This document shows, in pieces, positions 35,625 to 49,330 of a DNA stretch of 64,000 nt. Origin of the DNA: Eledone cirrhosa (Eukaryota). Where the stretch lies: assembly GCA_964016885.1 (NCBI GenBank), contig OZ024740.1, positions 252,712,001 to 252,776,000 of the forward strand. Direction: 5' to 3'. Under the pieces are notes generated by a model that was not told the origin of the DNA, ran no database searches, and worked only from the letters and a program-made list of their open reading frames with translations. The number at the start of each line of letters is the position of its first letter. The first letter of the stretch is position 1. The position numbers and the translations under genes are program-made.

Positions 35625-35660
35625 TTAGATATTTCGGGATCGAATCCCTTCATCACTAGA
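35625..35660 (-). ncRNA. Orphan degenerate minimal hammerhead-like motif
   Basis: TA-GTGATGA-A-GGGAT(TCG)ATCCC-GAAATATC-TA; a related copy lies at ~48815-48850 (+). Confidence 0.4.
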
Positions 35661-36189
35661 ATTAACAAAACTAATTCGGAATAAAATTTGAGAGATACAA
35701 ACCACTATCATGGAAAAATAGATGTAAAATGATGTTGATTAAAAAACTAATGCAATGTTGTAACACTTTTAAAAATATTCAGTTAAATAACACACAACAT
35801 AGATTTTCCTGTAGTAAAAGCTACTCAACACAATTTTCTAATGGGGTAAGGTCATCCTTTTATTATTATTATTAATATATCTGCTTGTCACATTACTGGT
35901 GATGTAATACAGGTGCCAAATGTTCACAACCAGTGGACTGAGGTGGCCCCTTCAATTGTCAAGCACTTTTCTGAGAATCCTAGCAGTTCCAAGGGTGCTG
36001 TTTTCTGTAAGCGTCTCACCCTGATATTAGCCCCAATTTCTTTTTAAAATAGCTTTCAATTTTGTTGCTCACTGTACCAAATAAAGCACCAGTAATGCAC
36101 TGGGGTAATTGCTGACCTTGTGCCAAAAGTAGAAACATTATTATTATTATTATTATGTGGATTAGCAGTATCGGACACCATGCTTTAAA

Positions 36190-39100
36190 AAAATGCCTAT
36201 TAAAATATTTTCAAGAAGAAATATGGAAGTAAAACAGATCTCCCCTTCCATGTACAAACATTTTACACTAGAAAAATGTGCATCTTTTCAATATGTCAGG
36301 CATAGGGATTGACTTGGACAACAACAACCACCTTCCCATGACTGTCGATGGTAGAAGACCAAGGTGTGACAGATGTGGAGACAAAATGCACCTGAAAGCC
36401 TTCTGTCCAAAACTAAGGAAAGCGTGAATGAGCCCCCCCCCCCCCTCCTCCTCCTTACACCAGGTCCCACAACTGGAGTAGCCCAACCATATGAGGCCAC
36501 AGTGGTGGCAAAACTACCAACACCAGCACCGGCAACATCAACAACAGAACCACCATCTCCACCACCAATGCCAGTGAAGAATATACCCCTTCCCAACATC
36601 GCACAATCAGACAACAGGTGTGATGATGTTGAAAGGTAGAAAACTGTTGAAGTGAGAAAAAAAAGAAAGAACTCCCATCCTTCGCCATAAAAAAAGAGGG
36701 CAAAACAAAAAAAAAAAATGAAAACACCAATGCTACCAACACCATCATCATCCTCACCACCACAATCACCAACACCATTTGGACGTGACCAGTGTAGAAG
36801 GGCATGCTTTCAAGCTCATGGTCATCTATGCCCCAATAGGGGCAGGATGGCCTGTCTTCTTCCGATGCCTGGAGACATTCCTTGGTATGTTGCACTGTTT
36901 AATGTTTGTGGGAAACTGGAATGGGATCTTGGATGCATGCTGGGACTGTGTGGGACTAGCGTGCTTCCACACCTGCTCAGACATTTCCAACACATTTTCC
37001 GAATGTGCCAATGTGGACATGGACAAACCGCATTGGGTCATCCAGATCATATCTAGATAGGGTATTTTGTAGGGATAGGTATAGCATAGGATGTCTACAT
37101 TTCAAGATAGTCAGCTACACAGACCACAAATTTGTGATCTGTGTGATATACCTAAATAGTTTACATAAACAGGGACCCGGATACTGGAAGCTGAACATGT
37201 CGTTCCCAGCGCATAAAGCCTACAGAGACCAGATTAGTGATTAGTAAAGCAGACGCTGATGGGAGCAGTCGTCAACAACAAATGGTGGTTCACCCCGCAG
37301 AGAGTGATTAAAGTAGAATCCATTAGGTTTAGCAAGGCTATAGTGATAGAAAAGAATAGACAAGAGAGAGAACTAATTAGAAAACTAGATGAGGTGCTTA
37401 GAAAAGGCCAACGTACAAGCGGCAAGATTGACCCTCGACCAATACTTCAATGCTAAGCATGAAGGTTGTGTTGTCAGAACTAGACCTTATTCACTAAGAC
37501 ACAAGGGGATGGAAGCCATTCAATTGGTCTAGGTGGCAGAAGCGCAGCATGGCAACAAAGCTACAATCTGATCTTTAGCGCACTACAACCAGTGCATGTT
37601 AGTCGTATCCGAGTAGAAGTGTGTAGCCTTTCAGTAGCACTTCACTCAACAGTTCGGGAGCACTGGTGGGCTGGATCACGGAATGGACTTTAGTCCTTCC
37701 CACGAAGGCCTGCCTCACCTATTGGCAATGGAGTGCTATGAAAGGCTAATAACTGCCACTGAAATACGAGAGGCAATGACTGGTTGCATGTAGGGTAAAT
37801 AACCTCGTTTGGATATTCTGCCGTACAAGCTTTACATAAACATGCTAGACTTGTTCGGTGATCTCTTGCCAAACGTATACTGCAGCTGGCAGCAGAACGG
37901 GATAATTCTCTGTTCTGTGAGATGAGGAGCAGTGGTGCTGCTGAGAAATGACCTGAACAAGGGAGTCAACGTTGATAATGTCAGGCCCATAACTCTGCTG
38001 AACACAGAGTTAAACATTTTGGCCAAAGTATTAGCAATGAGGTTGCTGCTAGTCATCAGGAGTTTGGTGGGAGAGACGCAAACATGTGGCATTCCAAAAA
38101 GATCCTTCCATAATAACCTCTGTCTCATGTGAAACATTGGGGAGAGGGTAGCTAAGGAACATGGCACAGGTGGGGCCCTGATAAATTTAGATCAATCAAA
38201 AGCATTCAATAGGATCGACCATCAATACCTGGCAGCCAGCTTTGGGCTCATTTCCAGAGGGTGTGTCGCTGCCATGCACAGCGACATCTGCTCTATGGTG
38301 AGAGTGAACAGTCACCTTTGAAAACCAGTCAACATCATGTGCTTGGTCAACCAAGGTTGTCCTCTCTCATCCCTGTTCTATGTATCGACTCGAGAGCCAT
38401 TATTGCACAAACTGGAGATGTTGAAGAGTATCTTGCATGAACTGAGATGTAAGAGAACTGTGTTAGCGCTAAACACATCGAGGTGATCAACACTACTCTA
38501 AGAGAATACGAGGCTATGACAGGAGCAAAGATTAACTGGGAAAAGTGAGTGGGCTCGGCACCTGGAGAGGCAGGTCCATACTGTCCAACAAAGTCAACGG
38601 GCACTGGATGGATGGGCCGGTTAAATTGCTAGGGCTCTGGTTTGGTCTGAACCTCCAGACAGACAAAAGCTGGGTCGAGGTGATGAGAAAGGTGGTCTCA
38701 CTCACCCAGAAATGGGTTGAGAGAAAGCTATCCCTGAAAGGTCGCGCAGAGGTGGCGAACGCATACATTGTGTCCGTCATCTACTACCGCCTGGCCATTG
38801 TACCTTGTCCTAAGCCTCATCTGACTGCACTGAAGTGTTTGCTCTTTTGCTTTCTGTGGAAAGAACACACTCCAAAGGTCAGGTGGACCATCTACTGTCA
38901 ATAAATACTACGTGGAGGACTGAGCAAGCTGTAGTTGATGGTGCAAAGACATGCACTGAGGCTAAGACACCTCCACATTTTCCTCAACGTGAACAGGTGT
39001 GGTTGCCTTTTGCTTGGCACATTTTCCCCCAGCTCGTCTCCTTGACAGAGCTGCAATCCTGCGTCAAGCAGAGGCTGAGAGGGAACGCTCAGAAACTGGA

Positions 39101-39454
39101 ATGTCTTCAAGTGCTCACTGCCCTTTGCCAGTTGGGCATTCCAATCAGTGGAGATTCCGCCTTGGATATTCTATAGAAGGTTAGTGGAGGGCAAGAGTGA
39201 CGATTTCCTTGGGGATGAAAGCCAACTAGCTTTTCTTTCAGTCCAGGGCCAACTGATAACTTCCAGAAATCACTGGCCTAGCAATGCCACCAGGGAGCAT
39301 TGCCAGTTCAACAAACTTTATAGGCATGGAAATGCCATCAGCTGGACCTGTCTGAGATGTGTGTGGAGTGACAAGACCATCCTGCACGCACTTGTCCAGT
39401 GACAGAGTATCACTGACTTGTGGGTTTATGTTGAGCACCTGCTGTCGCATGTAG
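36190..39454 (+). mobile_element. Decayed Tx1/L1-clade non-LTR retrotransposon
   Basis: Fragmented APE (FKLMVIYAP, GNWNGILD, SYLDRV, TDHK, GPGYWKLN), RT (RPITLLNTELNILAKVLAMRL, LDQSKAFNRIDH, QGCPLS, LSLKGRAEVAN) and a C-terminal CxxC..H knuckle (~39345-39400); many stops. Confidence 0.85.
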
Positions 39455-40262
39455 GATGGATCGGCAGTATCGGTAGAGAGTCGGACGCCATGCTTTGATG
39501 CATAGAGTTACGGCCCTTGCCATTCTGAATTCAAATCCCGCCGAGGTTAACTTTGTCTTTCATCCTTACGGGGTCAATAAAATAAAGTACCAGTAATGCA
39601 CTGGGTAATTGCTGGCCTTGTGCCAAAAAGTAGAAACAATTATTATTATTATTAAAGGCGGTGGATTGGCAGTATCAGTAGTGAGTCGGATGCCATGCTT
39701 TGCAAAATAGAATTATGGCCCTTTATGATCTGAGTTCAAATCCCACCAAGGTTAACTTTGCCTTTCATCCTTATGGGGTCGATAAAATAAAGTACCAGTC
39801 ACATACTGGGGTCAATTTAATCGACTTTCACCTCCCCCAAAATTGCTGGCTTTGTGCCTATATAAGAAACCATTGTGGATTGGCAGTATCGGTAGAGGGT
39901 CGGACGCCATGCTTTCTAGCATAGTTACATCCCTTTATGATCTGAGTTCAAATCCCGCCGAGGTTGACTTTGCCTTTCATCCTTACGGGGTCGATAAAAT
40001 AAAGTACCAGTAATGCACTGGGTAATTGCTGGCCTTGTGCCTAAAGTAGAAACAATTATTATTTTTAAGGGTGGTGGATTGGCAGTATCAGTAGAGCATA
40101 AAGGACACCATAACGTTCTGAGTTCAAATCCTGTTGAGGTTAGCTTAGCCTTTCATCCTTACAGGATTGCTAAAATAAAGCACAAGTAAGTACTGAGGTC
40201 GATTTAATCGACTTTTCTCTCTCCTTCAAATTACCGACCTTGTGCCTAAAGTAGAAACAATT
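39455..40262 (+). mobile_element. Head-to-tail array of four OK-like tRNA-derived SINEs (~200-bp period)
   Basis: Units start near 39457, 39657, 39874 and 40068, each with TGGATTGGCAGTATC, B box GAGTTCAAATCC and CTTTCATCCTTACGGGGTC; ends in (TTA)n. Confidence 0.85.
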
Positions 40263-41149
40263 ATTATTATTATTATTATTATTCCATTATTATCATCATC
40301 TAGTTCAAGCTTCTGTCTTCATTTTGCCAAAGCTTTTAACAAAACCGATTACCATCTATTTTATAATCATGAACCTAGAAAACTGGAAAGTTTAATTTAG
40401 TTTTTATATTTCCTTAATATAAAAGACTAACAGTGAAAAAAAGAAAAGTCGCTCCCAAGCTCAGAACTAATACCAGTGTTGTTTTCACCCCATGGGGTAT
40501 CCAAAACTCACGCTCCTCAACAATCAGGCTTAGTGGGGTCATCAGTTCAGTCATCAATAACCAAAACTTGCAACAGGTTGTACTGGGTTAAAAATTATCA
40601 GTAGATCTCAAAGTCAGAGGAAATCAACAACCACCCAATAGTGAGTATATATTCTTGTACATATACGATTAAGCACCTTGATATAGTGGAGTGGCTAGTG
40701 TGTCATTTTGATCCAGAGGACTATACTGGTAGGAGTCAAACTCCTTATAAGTCCATCTATGCCAGACAGGACAAAAAAGAAGAGCCAGACTAAATCTTAA
40801 TTGCTAGGTGAGTAAACCTCAATGATGAAATATATCCCACCATTGAGTGGCAGTGTTGTGGTGGATGTGTTAAATCAGCAGAAGAATTAGAGTTGAGTCA
40901 ATAGTGATTCACACTAGAAGCTGAGCAGAAGAATGTCATGTCAACAGTCAAGATCAAAAGATTTCATTAAATGAAAGACTTCAACATGCACTGATGAATA
41001 GCACTGGATACATGAGCAAGCAAAACTCATTATTAGATGACCTGGCAGTTGGTATAGATAGATAATATCAATTTCATAAGCAACTGAGAATACAAGACTA
41101 CCCCATGGATGGACAGGATGTTAGTTCATCATAAAATAGATATGGAAAA

Positions 41150-43570
41150 CTAGCATGAGTTAGACGGGTTGTCCTGTTGTGAGCAGTGTCTGGTCGGCTG
41201 ACCATGCCTTGCTCATACAGGAACTGATTTTGGCTTGATTTCTACAGCTGGATGCCCTTCCTAACACCAACCTCATTTACAGTGAGTGCTGGGTGCTTTT
41301 TCCGTGGCGCCTACACGTCCACTTTACAGTGTGGGCTGGGTGCTTTTTTGCCGTGGCACCTCCACGACCACCTTGCAGTGGGCGGGTGTGGGGGCATATT
41401 GTCTTTATGCTTCAGCTTGTACCCATGGGAGGTCAGGTACTCTGTATTACTGCGTGACGCCAGAGGTCACGGTCGTGTGTCATCGCCTTTGAGAGGTGTA
41501 GTTGGGTAAGGTCGGCTTTTATCACTTCATCCCAGGTCTTCTTGGGTCTCCCCACTCCGCGGTTTCCATTGACTTCTAGTGCTCTGCACCCTTTTATGCA
41601 GCTGTCATCCTTCATACGCATCACATGTCCATACCAACACAACCGCCTCTCCTGCACACAGCATTTGATTCCTCTTATGCTCAGTCTCTCTCTCAATTCA
41701 TTTATGCTTTGTCGTTCGCGTATATTACTACCATGTAACATTGCTGTTCGGATACTCGCATCATACAGTCTGCCTTTCATTTTGAGGGAGAAGCCTTTTG
41801 CAGCTAGCAGTGGTAGTAGTTCCCTAAACTTCTTCCATCCCGTTCTTACCCTAGTTATTGTACTTTCTGAACACCCACTTCCGCTACTAATTCGGTCTCC
41901 TAGGTAGCAGAAGCTGTCTACTGTTTCAACAGAGCCCTCCCAGAGATTGGTGGTACTTGTTTCCTGTGGCTGTTTGCTGCTTGCTGTCCCAGCACAGCTG
42001 CTGCATGTGAAGCCTACATTCTTAATTAAGCTTCCTGAGAACCCGCTACATCTCTTGTGTACCCATTGTTTGCATTTGGGGCAGAGAATGGAGTTCCTAC
42101 CTACACCTTTCCTACATACTGAGCAAGGCTATTTCCCTGAGGAGATCTGGGTTCTGTTTTCTCGTCTACTTACAAGGACCTTAGTCTTTGTCAGGTTGAC
42201 TTTGAGACCCTTTCTTTCTAGTCCCTGCTTCCAAGTTTGGAATTTCTTCTCTATTTCTACCATAGATTCAGCTATAAGTGCAAGGTCATCAGCATACAGG
42301 AGTTCCCATGGGCATCCGGTCTTAAACTCCTCCGTTATTGCCTGCAGGACTATGATGAACAGGAGAGGGCTAAGAACAGAGACCTGGTGGACACCAACCT
42401 GTACGCTAAATTCTTCGCTATACTCATTGCTAATCCTAACTTTGCTGACTGCTCCCCTATACATGGCTTGTACAGCTTTCACAAGCCATTCATCTACTCC
42501 TAGTTTTCTAAGAGCCCACAAGATTACAGCACGTGGAACTCTGTCAAAGGCTTTCTCGAGATCGACGAATGCCAGGTAGAGTGGCTTACTTTTAGCTAGG
42601 TAGTTTTCCTGTAACTGCCTCACAAGGAAGAGAGCATCAGCGGCGCCTCTTCCTGGCATAAACCCAAATTGCATCTCATCTAGTTTCACCCGGTCCCTAA
42701 TCAACTGTGCTATAACTCTTTCTGTTACTTTCATGACCTGGTCCATCAGCTTTATACCTCTATAGTTTCCTCTATCTAGTGCATCACCTTTACCTTTGTA
42801 GCAGTTGACAATGATGCTACTGACCCAATCTTTTGGTATGACACCTAGTATTACCTGGTTAACAATACATGTGGTTATAGTGTGACCTACAGACCCAGAT
42901 GCCTTCAGCATCTCGGCAGCTATACCCGATGGACCGGTTGCCTTCCCCATCTTCATATCTTTCATTGCCTTACTTACTACGCTGCTGCTGACTTGTACTG
43001 TGGCCCCTCTATAGGGTCTACTTGGGGTAGGGTCTCTTCTTCCCATGTATTCTCCTCATTTAGTAATCTATCATAATAGCTCTTCCATGCATCTTTCTTC
43101 TCAGCACTTGTGAGGGCAAGCTCACCTTTATCATTCCAGATATACTTCTCTCCAATGACATCACAATTCTCTCTGACATACTGCCTCGCAATCTTGAACA
43201 CCTGTTTCTGGTCCTCACGTTGCAAAACATGCTTGAATTTTCTATCCTCTGCTTCCCTTCTAGCTAAGTATACTTGTCGCCTAGCTTCCCTCTTGGTCTC
43301 TATGTAATGTACCCTGCACCCCCGTTCTTCCATTCTTTCCATGCTTGTCTCTTGGCCTTAACTGCCTCATCTACCTTATTGTTCCACCATCAAGTCACTC
43401 TCCTCCTGCTTGTGGTCTTACTCCAGCCACAGATCTCATCCGTTGCCTCTAGTAAATTATTTTTTAGGAACTCCCAGTGCTCATCTGCATTGAATGTCTA
43501 TATCTGTTCTTTTTTACTGTCGTAAGTGTTGAGTAAAATATCTTTAAATCTGTTACTGGCTGAGGGGTCC
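41150..43570 (-). mobile_element. RTE LINE, second subfamily, 5'-truncated and decayed, with PHD (~41998-42135)
   Basis: ORFs 42977-43342, 42129-43046 (FVDLEKAFD, YADD) and 41433-41780 (WYGHVMRM, GRPKKTW), plus a 3' UTR with GTTAGGAAGGGCATCCAGC. Confidence 0.92.
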
Positions 43571-45163
43571 AGAGGCATATCAAATCAGAACTTATCCCAG
43601 TTTCATAGACATTAATGAGTATACAACAGGGCCAGTTTTGGCTGGGTCAGTATTAAAAGGGTTTGATACCAGCTCGGCCAAAACCAGTCCTGGTTCTATG
43701 AAAGAAGACACCCGTTTCAAATAATTCCTATATAACATGATATTAGATAAGAATCATATTTTAAGTTATCATATTAGAAACAAAATAATCATTTGAGTAA
43801 ATCCTTCAAAATTCTGCATTAATTAATTGAAAATGCTGCATTAATTATAAATATGGTAATGAAAGGGTTAAAGAATAAAATGTGCCTTTTGTTGCAAACA
43901 TTAATCCAAGTTCAACAAGCTTTTAAGGCCATTTTTCCTGCTAAAACATGAGAGTGAATCTTGCCAGCCTCATAACAAACTTCATACTCATCATGTAGTC
44001 ATTTTTGATGCAATGTTTTACAGCCAGATGCACTTCCTACTGCTAACCCTTTTAGTTATCTCTTACAACATGCAAGAATACAGTGTATCTATTCTAAATC
44101 AGATAGACACGTGTATGTGTGTATATGTGTGCTTGTGTTTGTGTGTATGTATGTGGGCGTATGCCCCAATTCCTCCTCCCCACATTCATGTTTATGCTTA
44201 TTATTTATTTTGTCCTGTAACTTTGTTATGGGACATAATAAAGATCGATGAAATAAGTATAGGGGTAGATATGATTGACGAAATTCTTTATGAGCAGTAC
44301 TCCAGCATGGCCACAGTCTACCAACTGAAACCAATCAAGAGCAGATGTGTCAGCATGAAAACATATTTTCTCAATAAAGAATTGTCTCAACATCCCCAGC
44401 TGGCCCTTGGCTGTCTTTAGCAGGTGCCCTTCTCTGTTGCAAACATTTAGAGGCAGGTCTCTGATGTTTGAGGACACCATTCTCACTCCCACCCTTCTTA
44501 TCCTTACACCAGTGTTGGGGGCCCTAGAAAAAAGATGGGCACACTGCCCTTTCTTCCCTGACTAATCAGGGAAAAGAAAAAGAAAGTTGTGCTGGATTGA
44601 AAGTCAAATGTATTTAATGAAGAAAAGAGTTTTTCTTTCTAATGTCAGATTTCAATATATAGAAATAAACATTCAAATTGTATATTCATCTTCTTCGCCC
44701 ACATAGGGAGTCATGGAGGAAGAGTCCTCAAATATTCTTTCCCGTGGGTTCTGACAGAAGCAACCATCACCAATTGATATGGCTGGATCCCCAAGTGAGA
44801 CCAGCTGAGCTCATGGATGCTATCCAACCATCATACTCGGGGTCTTGTATATTATTTATATGTAACATTTATAAAAGTGTTTCAGCCCATTTTCCATACT
44901 AAAGCCGGGTTACAGAAGGAAGGCACAACAAACTTAATTATATTCATCACCAAAGAGTGTTTTACAGCTGGATGCCCTTCCTGATACCAACCCTTTTAGT
45001 TACCTCTTACGTTACGCCTCCCTATTCTAAACTAGAAAAATATACACACAAAAATATAACATTTTTTTTTTTCACTTTAGAAAACGTGAGAAAAAGATAA
45101 ACAAATAATTTTTTTTTTAAATTGAAAATAAAAATGAAAATAGATTAGACTTTTGATACATAC

Positions 45164-45293
45164 CTTGTATTCACATCTGTCACCTGTGTATTCATTGTTG
45201 CAGGAGCAGTTGTAGCCATCAACAAGATCATTGCAATTACCATTATCAGAACAGGGTTTCATTTCAGGACAATCATAAGTATTGTTCTCACAT
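45164..45293 (-). CDS. crb: crumbs-like gene, internal exon (EGF repeat)
   Basis: ctgcag|A TGT GAG...TAC AAG|gtatgt; RCENNTYDCPEMKPCSDNGNCNDLVDGYNCSCNNEYTGDRCEYK; the phase-2 start matches the donor at 51240. Confidence 0.85.
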
Positions 45294-46455
45294 CTGCAGA
45301 TATTCACCAAAGTCATTGATATTAGAATTATCAGGAAAATACCATTTTTACCGTCAAGAGTATAGGGACAACTATCCATAAATGACAAAAGAGCCATAGC
45401 CAATACTTGAAACAGTAATCTAAGTTACAATAAATACAAAGGTAGCAGTCAGTAGTTGGCATGGCTATAGTGTTGTTTTTCTAAAATATACATATTTCTA
45501 GATCATCTCAGTTAAATGAGGTGTTTGTTGTGGCCTGTTTGTTTGTTTTTACAGTTTCTTATATCTTATATCAATTTTTACACTGTAAGAGGATCACTTA
45601 GATATGACAAAGATACACAAGTATTATACTTCCACACTGTTATGATTGTGTGGTCTTCCACACCTTATTTTGAATGAAATAAATCTGTCAGGTAGTGGTA
45701 GTAGGTAAAGTAGCCAACCAGCCACTAATCAGTCAGAGAGACAGATAAAGACAGACAGAGAGACAGATAAAAACAGACAGATAAAGACAGATAAAGTCAG
45801 CAGCAGCCACCATGCCAGGACAGAGATTCAAAAATAGAGGATTGTGAGTTCGAGGTTGGGGGTGGAGAGAAAGAGAGAGGCAAGGTGGTATGAGTTAAAG
45901 CCTGTAGTACAGCAAGTAGCACCTGTTATGGCATAAGCGAAGGTTAGAAAGAGAAGTATGACTAGAAATAAAGCCATGACTGTGGATTGTTCTGAGATTG
46001 TTGCCAGGAAGGCAGGGTAAACCAGCTTCTTAAGTTATTCATAAGTGAAAAATTAAGTCATTGAACCATACACACAGATGTAATAATTCTTGAACAGAAA
46101 ACTTTAAGACAAAAAATAAATTAGAGGAAATATTATGAAAGTTGTGTTATTACAGGCTTCTTACTACAGGTAAAAATAACAAAACAAGGGCTTGTTGTGG
46201 TGGTGGTGGTGTGCGTGCAGGGTGTGTGTGTGTGGGGGGGGGGGGGGGGGGGGGGCTATGAAACTAATGTTGACACTACATATAGGTGGAACAGTCAGAA
46301 GAGGCTTCTTTCACAGTCAGTGACCTATTTGTGAATCTACTAATCACTTAAAGACCACACACACACTCCTCTTGCTTTCTTATTCTGCCTGTTAACCTTG
46401 CAACTACGTGAGCCAATCAATACAACAGTAAACAGAGCAAGATATATATATATAT

Positions 46456-46486
<31 letters not shown>

Positions 46487-46494
46487 CATATATA

Positions 46495-46720
46495 TATGTG
46501 ATGCACATGGATAATGACCATTGGGTGAAGAAGTGTCAGGAAATGCCAGTGGAAGGAAGTCGTGGTAGAGGTAGTCTAAGACCTGAACAAAGGTGGTAAG
46601 AGCTGACCTCAAATCATTGAGACTCCCAGAGGCAATGAAAAAGGATGACAATGTGTGGAAAGATGCCGCAGTGCTGATCAGCACCTGTAGAAAAGCAGAT
46701 GTAAAACAACGATGATGATA
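46495..46720 (+). mobile_element. RTE LINE 3'-end fragment
   Basis: Homologous to 28260-28510; ends GATGATGAT. Confidence 0.7.
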
Positions 46721-46794
46721 TATTGAATATATAGGACAGATCTACAGAGAGATAGAAGTTAAAAAACAGCTGAGCATGGAATAAAGATTTACAA

Positions 46795-47030
46795 ACAATG
46801 GTTGCTATAATTTAGGCACTTAGACACATGGAGGAAGAGAAAGTTGATTATACTGACCCCTAGTACTTGATTGGTACTATATTTTATCCCCACCCCCCCA
46901 CAAGAAGAATGAAAGGTAAAGTTGGCCTTGACAGGAGTTGAATACAGAGTGTTCCAGTTAATACAGTCAATGGAACAGCCAGCTTGTGAAATTAATGTGC
47001 ATGTGGCTGAGTATTCTACAGACACAGGGT
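46795..47030 (-). mobile_element. SINE fragments (OK-like plus OR-like)
   Basis: Reverse complement has TTCAACTCCTGTCAAGGCCAACTTTACCTTTCATTC..GATAAAATATAGTACCA. Confidence 0.6.
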
Positions 47031-47089
47031 ATTATGCTTAAGTAAATTTATTCCTCATGCCTCCACCATAAATGAAACTTAAGGGTTAG

Positions 47090-47260
47090 TCCACTTTGTG
47101 GTCCCAATTGACAGGATGAAGAAAAGATTGTCCCAGAGGATGGCGAAGGAGACATGTTGGAACAGCACCCTGCGGTGCTCACACTTGCATATAGTCAACT
47201 CTGCTCCGATAGCAGCAAGTAGAGATCTGGTCGGTGGGGGGGGGGGAATCTCCACTGCCA
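47090..47260 (-). mobile_element. Possible CRE-like non-LTR element 3' fragment
   Basis: Peptide LFQHVSFAILWDNLFFILS resembles the L.Q.LS.AI.RGN...IL end of CRE-type restriction-like endonuclease ORFs; short and decayed. Confidence 0.35.
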
Positions 47261-47826
47261 TATTCTATCAATCCTTTACAAATAAAACAAAAGGGAGTAA
47301 ATTATTCTCTTTTTTTCTTTCTATTTCTTGGCATTCCTCGGTGGCTAAGAAAGAACATGAATGGTGAATTAACAATGAATGAATATATAAATAATTGATA
47401 AGTAAGTTAGAACTGGTCAAATAACATATTTGAATATTTTTAAATAGGTAAAAACAAAAACAGAAGGCTATACATAGATTGAAAGATAATAATGACTGAA
47501 TGACTAACTTGAAAAAAAAAAAGAAAAAAGATATATTTATGAAAGACTTTATCAGAGTCCACATTGTTGCAAGCATTCAGGCAGATTTCTGATTTTAGCA
47601 TAATGCCTTCCCACCTGTCTGAGATCCTGATAAGGGTCATGATCACTATACCTTCCTTCCATCAGTCTCAGAGACCCTGAAAAGGGTCATGAGCACTGCC
47701 CTTCACTCCCTTAAACAGCAAAAACAAATATAAATTCAAATGTAAGACACTGCTTATGATTTTCAAATAATTTTGAAAATAGTCATGAATTTGGAAGGAT
47801 TTAGTAATATAAAACTTTCTCATTAA

Positions 47827-48046
47827 CCCTTTAGCATTCATATTACTCTATATTTACTATTGTATTTTCACAGAAAAGGCTGTATCTCATAATTATTTCA
47901 TAATATCGAATCTATGAGATTTTGATACTATTTATTTTAAGAAATTAATACCTTAACATCATGTTTGAGTGGCCGGTTACAACCGGTTTGAACTGAAAGG
48001 GGGAGGGGAATTCTGGCCACATATGGCCGGTTTAAATGCTAAAGGG
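47827..48046. mobile_element. piggyBac-like MITE
   Basis: TTAA|CCCTTTAGCATT ... AATGCTAAAGGG|TTAA: 12-bp TIR with TTAA target duplication. Confidence 0.85.
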
Positions 48047-49099
48047 TTAAGAAGGTTCTTACATAAAATTACGATAGTAAGTTTGTAGATAAATATTAAT
48101 ACTTATAAATAATTTTGTATCATTGAACTAAAGGTAGTTTGGGATCAAAGCAGTCATGCTTGTAGCTTTAACCGCTTTGTGGACATATTTCTAATAAAGT
48201 ACACTGACTTAATTAACTTTGAAAATAAGCAAGAATTTGGAATAAAACAAACTTTTCCATTATTCAATTAGTTTTTGTAAAATAACAAAAGGTTTTTACA
48301 TAAAACTATGATGGATGGTGAGAGGCTCCATAGAGGACTGACACCAGATTTGAATCCTCATGGGAATAGCTGGGTGGCCTTTATTATTCATAATTCTAAG
48401 ACAGGGGTTTGGAATAAGAATGTTAGGGTAAATCTAAAGGTGGACCATTGAAATATAGGGAGGGTAGTGCCATGCAGTGCCCCCAATCGTCTTCCCTGGC
48501 AAAAGGCCCAGTTCTATATCTTAGCACCAAGGTCAATAGTGTTACATATATCAAAAGTGTTACATAAAATAACTTCTTTAATTCCTTCCCCACTTATTAC
48601 AGAGCAAAAATAAATTTATGATGTTTAAGTATGACAATTATAACTTTTAAGAAGGTGTATGTATTTGTGGGTTTCATACAAATAGTTTAAATAATCATTA
48701 AATGAATAAAGAGTACTCAAACATTAAATGTTAAAAATAATAAAAATATTGGAATTTTATCTTGAAGTTGTTTAATAGTCCTTAATATTTTGTTCCAAAT
48801 TAGTTTCCTCAGTTCAGTTGATGAAGGGATTTTATCCCAAAATATTTAAGGACTGTTAAATAACTCCAAAGTAATGTCCCAACATCTTTGTTCTCAATAT
48901 TTTAAACATTTAATGTCCCATCTGCAATTGATGTATGCTTCTAACAAAACATAGTTTGTTCTATACTTAATGTTTACATAGAGGAAGGTCTTCAAAGATT
49001 TGCCACAGAGTTGCAATAAGTTCCCAGTAAGTCAACTTGGTTTCAATTCCCAGTTGTGACCATTCCATTTCATGAATGCTACTAACACTAATTTTTTTT

Positions 49100-49330
49100 T
49101 TTCACTTTTGATACCAACCCAGCCAAAACTGGTTCTGGTTCTATGAAACAAAATCGCCCGTATTAAAGAGTTCTTACTTAAATTAATATCTCCCAGCATA
49201 ATTTTATATAAAAACCATGTTAAGTCTTAGTAAAGTAAATAATTCATAATTTTAGTAAATCCATCAAAATTATTCATTAATTAAATGCAAAAGTGTATTT
49301 CATTAGAAATATGGTCATGAAATGGTTAAT
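49100..49330 (+). mobile_element. Second piggyBac-like MITE family, decayed copy (relatives at ~43655-43870, ~52930-53192, ~54091)
   Basis: Shared TTTGATACCA..GCCAAAAC..GGTTCTATGAAA start and ATATGGT..TGAAA(G)GGTTAA end. Confidence 0.55.
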
